DNA of 64,000 nucleotides from Macrostomum lignano (Eukaryota): NCBI GenBank assembly GCA_002269645.1, contig NIVC01001075.1, positions 186,001 to 250,000 of the forward strand, read 5' to 3'. Shown piece by piece: positions 40,400 to 51,306 of this stretch (position 1 is its first letter; each line of letters starts with the position of its first letter). The notes under the pieces were generated by a model. It saw only the letters and a program-made list of their open reading frames with translations, ran no database searches and was not told where the DNA came from. The position numbers and the translations under genes were made by a program.

Positions 40400-40615
40400 A
40401 TGGTAAAAGCAAAACACAATAAAATATTTCCAAATGATCCCTTTTTATGTTTAGTAATTGGAGGATCAGGTAAAGGCAAAACTCACTTTGTTTATGACCT
40501 ATTAACAACCGATGGAATGTTGAATTATAATAATTTAATAATATATACTAATAAACCGCGAATTAAATATTATGAATTTCTTGAGCATGGATTAAGACAA
40601 AAATAAAAAATATAT
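40400..40615 (+). pseudogene. A32/FtsK-like packaging ATPase, N-terminal half
   Basis: PFLCLVIGGSGKGKT Walker A; ends at ATAT|TG, where foreign DNA begins. Confidence 0.9.
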
Positions 40616-43600
40616 TGTAGTGCATGCGCCCTTGTCAGTTGGCAGGGCGCGTTGCACTTTGGGGCTGGTTGGGGGGGGGGTTGGCGGGCGTGGCAGGGTC
40701 TGGCCCCGGCCGGGCTTTGCGCGTGCCCCTCCCCAGCCGTGCCCCTGCCCCGTGCTCAGGGCTGGTTGGCTGCGGCCGGGCCAGCTTTGGCGCGGCCCGA
40801 TCAAAAAGAAGTTGTCTTAAGACGTCTTAGAATTGTCTTAAGATGGCTAAAGACACCTCAAGACAATTTCAAGATATCTTCAACTTTGCTTCCACAAGCT
40901 ATCCTGATAAAGTTGTCTTGAAGATGACTTGAAATTGACTTTTATGAGATGTCTTGTTGAAGACATCTTTAAGACATCACCTTAAAGACTAAAAATTTAC
41001 ATAAACAACTGTTTCTACTGTAAGTAGGAAGTTTCAGATACAAATTTATCCAGATCGTTAAAATCAATAAAAAATAAAACAAGCAACTATTGTGACATTT
41101 ATCTAAAAATTTTGTTGTATTGTAGTCTGTGGAAGGTGTGCCTTTTATTAAAAATCGTTTACGCTTTTGAAGTGCAATTATGTGCAATTTTTGTATCGAG
41201 TCGTTACAAACTTTGAGACAAAGTTTAACTACAACAGTTTTGATTGGAGCAAATATATTTACAAAATTCTAAACAGCTAAGCATTAAAAAAGACAAAGTT
41301 GCAATATATATCGGTTATGCTTTTGTTAAAAACAGCTAAAATCAATATGGCGGAACGACATTTTTAAAAAGGACTAAAAGACAACCTTGTGACCGTGAAG
41401 GCCGCCTAATTGTCGAACACTTGCTTCTATCTTTTGTGATAAGTTTCAATTTTTCATTGGCTGCTATAGCCTATATAGATTTCTGGTGTAAGCCCTACCC
41501 TAGATTTATCTTTACTTAATGCGATAGTGTATTACTATTCGTGATGATACATCTACTATCCTCAAATTAGACCAATTCCTAGACCTAGTAGTATTTTTTA
41601 CTAATTCTTCCTTGGATAGCTTCTAGGATTGTATTTCATATTCTAGTGCCAGGTGCCAGCAAAGAAACCAGATTGGCCAGAAATGTTTTTATGCAATAGG
41701 CAATAGGGATGCTATGTAACATCCTGACCTAAAAATTACAATTTTAAATTGGACCTTGGATGCAATGTTTTTTTAGTTAGGCCTACTGCATATATATTGC
41801 TATGCCTAGCACTAGTAAGCACTAGTTAACTAATGCATAGTCATGTTTACATTTTAAGTTAGGCCTTAAAAGATTCAGGCATTAACTAGAGGCCCATGTA
41901 CTAGGCCTAAAACTAAAATTATATGTTTTATTTACTTCTGGCTTTTTAAAGTCAAAGTTTTATAGTTGTTGAATTGGCTTATTAGGCTATTTTGTTCTGT
42001 TGTAGGCCTCTTAGCTGTAGATAGGCCCTAGCTTCTTCCTTAGGCCTAAATAGTTTTTGCTTTGATTTTTATGTCAAAAGTAATAAATAATTTCCATGAG
42101 CCTATAGCTAGGTTTATTTTTTATATGCAGAGTTACTTTTAATTTAAAATTGCACCCAGAAATTGAAAATTGCAATTTAGAGACAGTCTTATAACCTGTT
42201 TTTATGTTAAACTTGAAGCCTCATTTGCATTGCCCTAAAATAAGAAAAATAAGAAATTGCACTTTTAGCCTTAAAATTGCACTATAAAAATGAGTATAGA
42301 GTGCACTTTTGCACCTTGTCTTTGGCAAAAAAGAAAACCTTGGCCTATAGGCCTTTATATGTTGCTTCCTCTTTGCCTTTATTATTGGCTAATGGCATAT
42401 ATATGATGTTTTCAATATATCAATATTTTGAATATTAGGCCTAGTCATAGTCATTCGTGCTTTTTTCTTGGCTAGGCCAATGAAAATTTAAATAAGAAAT
42501 AGATATAGCCTTATAATTTATTATTAGGCCTATATCACATTCAAAAATTGGATTAGGCCTAATAGAGAATAAATAGAGTTGGTATGCCTAGAAGTTTTAT
42601 ATAAAATTGATATTCTAATCTTTTTATTTTGCTTTGAGATTAGGCCCTAAGCTTTAGCCTATGTATTTAAGCCTAAGGCAAAGTTATTGTATAATACACT
42701 TGTGTGAATATATAGTAGGGGCCTAGGCAATTTATTTATTAGATTTTTAAAGTATATTAGTATAATAATCTATTATTTATTATTTATTGTTTTTTTACTT
42801 ATGAATTTCAAATTATTTCAGCCTAACAACCTATAAACTATAACCTTTATTAAACTTATCCTTTTCTGCCTTATCAACACATGCTATCCATCATAGTGGA
42901 AGCTAACCTGGATCTTGAATCTTCCTGGATTGAGCCAATTCTAAACTACTAAACAATTCTGGCTAGCAAAGGATCAATTTACAGCAAGTTTTCCACCAAG
43001 CAATGAGCAACTTTTATTGCATTAACCAAGTATTTCCATGCAATGACAGGGTATGATGCATTATAAAATTATACACTTGCACTTGAGTATTTTAGCATTT
43101 TTATTTAGTGTATTTTAACTTGTTTTTGATTCACCATTTTATTGCTTCTGTGACTTTTAAACTGTGCCTTTTATAAAATGAAAATATAAATCATAAATCA
43201 TAAATTACATTGAACCATGTTTAGAAGCCTACTAAATAGCTTCTCTTTCATATCAATATTGCCTGAAACGAAACAAAAGAGTGCTGTAATATTTTTAGTC
43301 ATTTTTCTTTTAAACAACTGTGATTGCAATGGCAACAGCATTTCTTAAATGATCTTGGGCAAGACGTCTTCTGCAAGTCATCTGGAAGATGTCTTTAAGT
43401 AGATTTTAAGATGTCTTGAAGATGTCTGAAGACGTCTTTAAGTTATCTCTAAGTTGTCTACAAGTGTTGCAAGGAGCCAATTTTTAGACCGAATTAAGTC
43501 AATTGTAAGATGTCTTGAAGACGGGGCGGGGTTTTGATTGGCTGGGCCGGCGTGGTTTGTTTTGGTGAGCTTAGCCGGTGGGGCCGTCTGCCCCAGGGTT

Positions 43601-44195
43601 TGGGTGCTATTTATGGTGCGACTCTGGCTCTTGCCCACCACCTGCGTGCTTTTTGTGTTTTGGTGTGCTCCGAGAGTGCAAGCGCGAGACCTGATAAAAG
43701 AAACAGCAACATTAGCTACTTGGATAAAAGAAACACAATAGCCTAATTGAGAAGAGTCTTGGAGAATTAAGAAGAAGTCGGAAACTGCGCTTGAGACCTG
43801 CGAATAATAAACGGTGAACAGTCATCTGGCCACTGGTAAGCCGCCTGCTGTTTGAGTCCTTTCTTTCCGGGAAGCTTGCTAGGCCGAATTCTTGCCAGAG
43901 CGTCATAACGCCGGAAGACCATATAGCTTCTGTAGTACGGTACCGTTTACCATATATATTGCGTACGCCCTACGGTATAGAGAATAGAAGCACTCGAGAG
44001 TGTCACCACACCTCGAGCCGCAGCGTGAACTCTGAGTGTCACAACACCAGAGGGATCGAATTATTATCGCAGAGCGTCGCCACGCCTGCTCGTCGTATTC
44101 ATAAAAGTACAGACAGAGCGTCACAACGCCTGTTATATCACATATAATATATATTGTACTCGGGACTGGGCACCCAAGCCGACCCGGGTTACAAC
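40616..44195 (+). mobile_element. candidate LTR (~860 bp net) carrying a 2.7-kb insertion
   Basis: Begins TGTAGTG directly after ATAT, has a GC-rich body and AATAAA near 43805, and ends ...CCCGGGTTACAAC. The 11-mer CGGGTTACAAC recurs in reverse complement at the Gypsy/Maverick junction (61641-61651). No PBS seen. Confidence 0.5.
40814..43522. mobile_element. AT-rich non-autonomous DNA-transposon-like insert with imperfect ~28-bp TIRs and many AAGA(C/T)GTCTT subterminal palindromes
   Basis: GTCTTAAGACGTCTTAGAATTGTCTTAA (40814) matches the reverse complement of 43494-43522. No transposase ORF or clear TSD seen. Confidence 0.55.
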
Positions 44196-44499
44196 TTTTA
44201 GACTTTAGAAATTTGAAAGCAACTCAAAGAGAAAACACGCTTTGAGAGAAGCCAGAGAGTCAACTGGCAAGGTTGCCGTGAACTTTTAAACGCTACATGA
44301 CGTCAGCTCTTTGCGAACTTAAGGCTGACAGCCACCTTTAGTCTGCAATTGGTGGAGCAATTTTTTTGAGGGCCTTTTGAAATTAACAGAATATTTTTTG
44401 ACGTGGACAAGAACACTTACAGAATATTCTTGAACAAAATTCTGTTATCAGCTGAATGACAATTACGTAAATTTTAAGAATTTAATGTTAAGAATCGGC

Positions 44500-45350
44500 G
44501 CTTGACTAAGATTGGGATCTGGATTGGGAGTAAGGTTGGGATCTGGATTGGGATTAATATTGGGATCTGGATTGGGATTAAGATTGGGATCTGGATTTGG
44601 ACTAAGACCGGAATATAGATTGGGACTAAGGTTGGGATCTGGATTAGGACTAAGATTGGGATCTGGATTGTGACTAAGGTGGGGATCTGGATTAGGACTA
44701 AGATTGGGACTAAGATTGGGATCTGATTGGGATTAAGATTGGGACTAAGATTGGGACTAAGATTGGGACTAAGATTGGGACTAAGATTGGGACTAAGATT
44801 GGGATTAAGATTGGGACTAAGACCGGAATATAGATTGGGACTAAGGTTGGGATCTAGATTGGGACTAAGACCGGAATATAGATTGGGACTAAGGTTGGGA
44901 TCTGGATTGGGACTAAGACCGGAATATAGATTGGGACCAAGGTTGGGATCTGGATTAGGACTAAGGTTGGGATCTGGATTGGGACTAAGGTTGGGATCTG
45001 GATTAGGACTAAGATTGGGATCTGGATTGGGATTAAGATTGGGATCTGGATTGGGACTAAGACCGGAATATAGATTGGGACTAAGGTTGGGATCTGGATT
45101 AGGACTAAGATTGGGACTAAGATTGGGATCTGATTGAGATTAAGATTGGGACCAAGATTGGGACTAAGATTGGGACTAAGATTAGGATCTGATTGGGATT
45201 AAGATTGGGACAAAGATTGGGACTAAGATTGGGACTAAGATTGGGATCTGATTGGGATTAAGATTGGGACTAAGATTGGGATCTGATTGGGATTAAGATT
45301 GGGATCTGGATTGGGACTAAGATTGGGATCTAGATTGGGACTAAAATCGG
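44500..45350. repeat. 12-bp (GATTGGGACTAA / GATTGGGATCTG)n mixed array
   Basis: Direct array. Confidence 0.96.
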
Positions 45351-45844
45351 GATTGTGAATTAATATGGATTACAATTGACTAAAAGTGAGAAGTTATACA
45401 TTATTAAAGGCAGTTCATTCTGCTAGCAGGTTTTTAAGCCACCAGTCTTGGCATTTTTGGCATTTTAGCGAGATTTGACTTGATAATGTCTGCTGCTCGC
45501 TAAAGCAAGCACGCCTTGCAGCCCTGGGCCTGGGTCTGGGCCCCTGTTGGCTATATAACTGAAGTATGCAACGGTCAGAGGTCAGAAACATTTTACCTAA
45601 CTAAATTTCAACTCCTGATACGAGTTGAGTAAGTTCGCTCAAGTTTTACGCACAGGCTGTGCTAGAAATTTGTTCAAATATTGAGCTTTTGGACTAACGG
45701 AGCTTTGGAGGGCAATCTCGAGTTTGGGGTGAACCAGAGAACATTTTTCCTGCGTAATATTGATATCTCTAGTAATTAATAATTCCATGACAGACGGTTT
45801 TAAAAATATGTTTATGATTACATTCACGAGAAATACAAGGTTCA

Positions 45845-46182
45845 CCATGATGGATATGAGATTCACACTGATAGATATGAGATTCAGACTGATAGACATG
45901 AGATTCATGCTGATAGACATGAGATTCACGCTGATAGACATGAGATTCATGCTGATAGACATGAGATTCACACTGATAGACATGAGATTCACACTGATTG
46001 ATATGAGATTTACACTGATAGACATGAGATTCACACTGATAGACATGAGATACACGCTGATAGATAAGACATTCAAATTGACAGATATGAGATTCACATA
46101 GACATGAGATTCACACTGATAGATAAGACATTCACACTGATAGATATGAGATTCACATAGAGATGAGATTCACACTGATAGG
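45845..46182. repeat. 21-bp (GATAGACATGAGATTCACACT)n
   Basis: Direct array. Confidence 0.96.
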
Positions 46183-46599
46183 TACTAGAAAACTGATTCT
46201 CAGAAAGTCGCCACAAAATTTGCCTTTCGAATGCTAATGAGACGTGCAACTGCTGCAATATATTTTGCTTAGCTGGGAGTTTCTGGCGTGCTCGATCACT
46301 AATTATTTAAAACAACTTTTTACACAACAGACACAATCACGGAGCGGACAATCGATTACTTAGCTGTTAAAAGACAAAGCGATTTTGCCGATAAAAATCT
46401 TACAAGACGAAAGATTATTGTAAATCTATTCGTACTGAACCGAACTGTCAGTCATATTCAACTAGGATAGAGGCATTGCATTGCCTTGCCAAGCTAAAAT
46501 GCGAGAGCGGGAGTAGCTGATGCTCGGGACAGCGGGGGAGAACACGGGGGTCACAGAGTTCGGATTAGTAACTCGGCAAGTGTTCCAGGCTCTTGTCTC

Positions 46600-47043
46600 C
46601 TAATAGAAGAGGCCTTTAGTAGCCTCTCTTGTCCGACGGCCGCAGGCCATGAGGCAGCCGCGGAAACCCATGTACCGACTGACGCAGTCGCGGTTGCAGG
46701 AGGCCTTCAGCTGCCGGCTGGCGTCGGCCTCGGAGCAGTCGGTCATGCAGTCGAAGAACCCCTCGAAGCACTGCGCATAGCAGGTGGGCATCCGAGGCCC
46801 GCAGCGCTGGCCGCAGTGGAAGCCACTTCTGGCGCACCGGGTCCTGCAGGCGACCTCATCCCCGGTGGAGCAGCACTCAGCCTTGGCAGTCCTGCAGTCT
46901 TCGTGGCAAGCGGCAGTCTCCGAGCTGCCGACAGCAGTCTGCCTCTGCTGCAGAAGCAGCTGCCGCGAGCCGAAGGCTGCCCAGCCTCCCTCCGCTCCCA
47001 GCAGGAGAACAACCAGCAGCACCGACAGCTGCTTAGAGACTGG
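46600..47043 (-). CDS. secreted cysteine-rich protein, exon 2 (signal-peptide core, 16 Cys in CX3C repeats)
   Basis: ttctag|CCA acceptor; hydrophobic VLLVVLLLGAEGGWA; seven CX3C motifs plus one CC; GC-rich coding-like composition; TAG at 46600. Confidence 0.8.
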   Translation of the reverse strand, partial: PVSKQLSVLLVVLLLGAEGGWAAFGSRQLLLQQRQTAVGSSETAACHEDCRTAKAECCSTGDEVACRTRCARSGFHCGQRCGPRMPTCYAQCFEGFFDCMTDCSEADASRQLKASCNRDCVSRYMGFRGCLMACGRRTREATKGLFY

Positions 47044-47119
47044 CTAGAATTCAGTAGAAAAGTGTTGTTAGTAAAACGTAAACCATTTTAAGTATTGATA
47101 AACCAGGCGAGTGACTCAC

Positions 47120-47149
47120 GAATCGGTTAAAGAAGTTCATCAGAGCCAT
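47120..47149 (-). CDS. secreted cysteine-rich protein, exon 1 (MALMNFFNRF)
   Basis: ATG...TTC|gtgagt phase 0; a 76-nt intron joins it in frame to exon 2, giving a 157-aa product. Confidence 0.7.
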
Positions 47150-47724
47150 CTTGATTGCTTGTACCGCACGCCGCTGAGAGGTGTCAGTTTGAATTTCTGC
47201 GCTTCTTCAGCAGCCAGGACTGTCGCCAATTTATAGACAAACTCCTCCCCTCTCCGCCTCTTGTGCTATCCTCTTTCCTGCAGAATTTGTCAGTTCTAAC
47301 CAAATTTGGATTGGCTAAAGCCTGTCGTTTATTGGCTGGGGTGTTTGAACGCGGTTTCAACAGATTGAAGCGTTCACATGCAGTGAACGTGCAGGCCGCT
47401 CAGTCCGAGCGCGGAGGGTGTCTGGTCGGAAATGAAAACAAGAAACGAAAGGCATCAGTAAGAAGGGGTTGCTTTGATTAGGAAGAGATAGATTGCCAAT
47501 AAAATGCCAATCTCTGCTGACAACTTCGTGGTAAATAGTTCAGCTAGGCGTCCTGTTTACTATGAAAATGATAACAATACAAAGTATAGAAATGTCCTGC
47601 CGCCGACTCTACATGATTCTGCTTGAACATGGAGGGCTTTCTTGGGTGACTTTTCCGTAAAATATGAAAATAAAAATCGAAATGAGGATGCAGATTTCAC
47701 AGAGTGGCTGAAAGTTAATATCTG

Positions 47725-48598
47725 TGAGTGACACAAAAACAGTGAGTGACACAACAACAGTTAGTGACACAAAAACAGTGAGTGACACAAAAACAGTGAG
47801 TGACACAAAAACAGTGAGTGACACAACAACAGTTAGTGACACAAAAACAGTGAGTGACACAAAAACAGTGAGTGACACAAAAACAGTGAGTGACACAAAA
47901 ACAGTGAGTGACACAAAAACAGTGAGTGACAAAAAACGGTGAGTGACACCACTACAGTGAGTGACACAAGAACAGTGAGTGAAATAATAGCAGTGAGTGA
48001 CACAATAACAGTGAGTGACACAATAACAGTGAGTGACCCAATTACAGTGAGTGACTCAATAACAGTCAGTGACGACACAACAGTGAGTGACGCAATAACA
48101 GTGAGTGAAAAAACAGTGAGTGACACAAAAACAGTGAGTGACACAAAAACAGTGAGTGACACAAAAACAGTGAGTGACACAAAAACAGTGAATGACACAA
48201 AAACAGTGAGTGACACAAAAACAGTGAGTGACAAAAAACGGTGAGTGACACCACTACAGTGAGTGACACAAGAACAGTGAGTGAAATAATAGCAGTGAGT
48301 GACACAATAACAGTGAGTGACACAATAACAGTGAGTGACCCAATTACAGTGAGTGACTCAATAACAGTCAGTGACGACACAACAGTGAGTGACACAAAAA
48401 CAGTGAGTGACACAACAACAGTGAGTGACAAAAAACGGTGAGTGACACAAAAACAGTGAGTGACACCACTACAGTGAGTGACACAAGAACAGTGAGTGAA
48501 ATAATAGCAGTGAGTGACACAATAACAGTGAGTGACACAATAACAGTGAGTGACACAATAACAGTGAGTGACACAATAACAGTGAGTGACAGTGATTA
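47725..48598. repeat. 18-bp (ACAGTGAGTGACACAAAA)n with ~300-bp higher-order duplications
   Basis: Direct array; the block starting AAAAAACGGTGAGTGACACCACT recurs. Confidence 0.96.
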
Positions 48599-48718
48599 GG
48601 CTACAGACACTGTCATGCATACACACTACAGATACAGACAGTGGGCTACAGACACTGTCATGCATACACACTACAGATACATACAGTAGGCTACAGACAC
48701 TGTCTTGCATACACACTA
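48598..48718. repeat. 46-bp tandem (GGCTACAGACACTGTCATGCATACACACTACAGATAC...), ~2.5 units
   Basis: Direct repeat. Confidence 0.85.
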
Positions 48719-49102
48719 AAGTGCATACAGCATACAGACTACCCCCAATCGCGAATATTAGCTAACAAAGTATTTACTAAAATGGTTCCATAACTCCTAG
48801 TTGCCCGCAATGGCAAATTCATCCAGGGTTCAAATAAGCCAGAAAAGAACTTCTAATCTCCAGTCAATGTACTGTTAGAATATGCTCATTAATTATTGAT
48901 ATCAGAGCCGCTGTGCTAAAGAAGTTAGTCATACTTTGCACATGAAATACAGCATAGGGCAGAATGACTCCTTAATTTTGTCGGTTATGGTGTAGTAAAA
49001 ATCTTTTCTTATCAAAACACTGACTGAAATGACTTCTCTGCACTCAGAATGCATGCGCTATCTCAACGCTTCTTATTGCTACGACGTAAATTTTTTTAAA
49101 GA

Positions 49103-49281
49103 ACTCTCAATCTCTCACACTCTTTTAATCTCTCAAACTCTGTACCAATCTCTCAAACGCTCTATCAATCTCTCAACCGCTCTATCAATCTCTCAAACTC
49201 TCTATCAATCTCTCAACCGCTCTATCAATCTCTCAAACTCTCTATCAATCTCTGAAACTCTCTATAAATCTCTCAAACGCT
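49103..49281 (-). repeat. 20-bp satellite, reverse complement of 36895-37452
   Basis: (TCTCAAACTCTCTATCAATC)n, ~9 units, ending ...CTCTCAAACGCT at the element terminus. Confidence 0.95.
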
Positions 49282-49794
49282 AGTAGTATTATACCATACA
49301 AAATCACCAGCAAACCATGGCCAGCAACCAAACTAATTTTAATGTTGTTAAGGTAGAATCATACATTTTTCGCTTCATTTTCGCTTGTCTTCACTTCGCT
49401 CAACTCGCTCCGCTCATTCTCGCCTCGCTTCATTTCGGTCAAAATGTAAATTTTGTAAATTGTAAATGTAAATTTAAATGTAAATTTAAAGTTTACATTG
49501 TAAATGTAAAATGTAAATTTAAAGATAATTCTACCTTAACAACATTAAAATTACCTTTTGTTTCTGAAATTTCGCTTCCGTCGTTCGCTTGTGGTTTGCT
49601 CGTGATTTTGTATGCTTCTGACACTTCCAACACTTCTAACACTTCCAACACTTCTAATACTTCCAACACAACCAACACCAACTAACTGATAATAAACCTC
49701 ACCCCCACCCGTGCCGCAGGCACGCGGACGAAGTCCGATCGCCCCGAAGGGGCTTGGGGCACAGAAAAGCATGATTTTTCTGTTAGTAAAAATA
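49282..49794 (+). repeat. Maverick terminal repeat copy 2 (~513 bp)
   Basis: AGTAGTATTATACC...; homologous to 37453-37909, with an expanded TGTAAA(T) loop. Confidence 0.9.
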
Positions 49795-49801
49795 GACAAA
49801 A

Positions 49802-50212
49802 ATGACACACATCACACAAGCATACAATCTGAATGAATTTCAAATCGGAGACCCAGTAGAATACCGAGGAGATGGTCTTTTTGATATGATAGGAACAGCA
49901 GCAACTTTAGTGAAAGATAATATGCCATTAATAGCACAAGCGGGCTCAGCAGCAGGCTCTGTAACCAACGCAGTCAAGGGTGGAATAGAAGCAGCTAAGG
50001 CGGCCGAAGAGCTCAAGAAATTGAGAGAATTTAACGACACCCTCTCGCAAATAAAAGCAATAAAAAATTTAAAGCTAGCACAAGAAGCTAACCAAGCCGC
50101 ACAACCTACTGAAACACCTACTAAAAGCACCCCACTGACTACTAAAGATATCCAAGATTTTAATAAAATGTTCACCACAATTAAAGGCGGAAAAGGATTA
50201 AAGAAGTTTTAG
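49802..50212 (+). CDS. hypothetical viral protein, 136 aa, candidate core protein with G-x-G-L motifs
   Basis: Open frame; YRGDGLFD, VKGG and IKGGKGL motifs; Ala-rich helix. Confidence 0.65.
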   Translation: MTHITQAYNLNEFQIGDPVEYRGDGLFDMIGTAATLVKDNMPLIAQAGSAAGSVTNAVKGGIEAAKAAEELKKLREFNDTLSQIKAIKNLKLAQEANQAAQPTETPTKSTPLTTKDIQDFNKMFTTIKGGKGLKKF

Positions 50213-50249
50213 TAATACAAAAATAGACTCAGTTAAAAGGAGAGACCAT

Positions 50250-51200
50250 GATGACAATCGCATATATTTCATTTCTGAAATAGTAGACACTTTAAATTTA
50301 GATGATAACAAACATAGCCACGCAATTTTAAAAAGATTAGATCGATTAGGTAAAAAAATTGGATTATGATATCGACACGTTTAAACTTGCTGCAAAATAT
50401 GCACAAGAAGGAAGACCAATTTCATTTAAGCAAAATCATAAAACTTATAGGCTAACAGAATCCGATGTGAAATTTTCAATATAGAGACTCACACCAAAAA
50501 GGACGGAGGACTGTTACCCATTCTACCAATTCTTTTAGGACTTGGAGCAGCAACTTCATTAGCAGCCAAAAGAATTCACGACAATCAAAAACAGCTAGCA
50601 GAATTAAAAGCAAAACAAGGGGGTATATTACCACTTGCAACTTTGGTACCAATAATTTTTGGAGGAATCGCGGCAGCTGGTGGAGTAGCTGGAGGAGCGG
50701 CCGGAATTGCCAAAGCCGTAAATGACAAAAAAGCTGCGGATGAAAAAGCCAAACGAGATGCGGAATTCCAAAGACAGCTAATAACACAGGATGCACAATT
50801 TAAACAAAGACTTATAGATACCATTAATAGCAGTTCAGCAACAGCAGCACAAAAAAGAAATGCAGAAGCCAGATTAGCAGCCGGAAAAGGTTTAATGCTA
50901 CAAGGAACAACCCACGGAAACGGACTAATTCTAAAAGGAACAAGACATGGAGAAGGAATTGTAGCAGAAAAATTACATGAATTTGGTCAAACCTTAGAAA
51001 AAACCGGTGAAAAACTAAAGGATTTTTTGACAATATTAGAGCCAACTTTAGACCAGCTGTTCAAAAGATTTTTAATAAATTAGGAAAAGATTTTAACATA
51101 ATTGAAAAACATGATGGAAGCGGATTATATCTTGAAATGAGACCAAAAGCAGGATCTGGCATCTTTCTAACAGGAACTGTTTCAGGCGAAGTATTACTGT
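50250..51200 (+). pseudogene. Maverick conserved Gly/Ala-rich protein (GG-phi-LP amphipathic motifs; PZ/pX-like candidate), frameshifted
   Basis: KDGGLLPILPILLGLGAATSLAAK and KQGGILPLATLVPIIFGGIAAAGGVAGGAAGIAKAVND are in one frame, followed by AGKGL, HGNGL, HGEGI, DGSGL and AGSGI repeats. Confidence 0.65.
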
Positions 51201-51306
51201 TACCAAAAGCGGAACTCGAGTAGGGGTCTAGTGGGGGGTCTAGAGCAATAAAACTAAAAATTAAAAAAGCATCAAATCAAACATTGTATAAATTTTATTC
51301 TATAAA

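Larger units (their letters stand above)
37453..40615. mobile_element. Maverick/Polinton (adintovirus-like) endogenous virus, left part
   Basis: Terminal repeat, rve-integrase remnant, major-capsid-like gene and Walker-A half of the packaging ATPase, all in AT-rich intronless DNA. Confidence 0.9.

Noticed and set aside
40592-40921. GC-rich ORFs after the ATPase fragment (also 57188-57545 and 59390-59718)
   Set aside because: They fall inside LTR-like insertions and have low-complexity composition.
37453-49794. Reading the two terminal repeats as LTRs of a 12-kb retroelement, or as two separate Mavericks
   Set aside because: The AGTAGT terminus and viral genes indicate Maverick TIRs, not TG..CA LTRs. 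Complementary gene content, the reverse-complement TSD and the rejoining ATPase favour one split element, although two copies are not fully excluded given the differences between the repeats.
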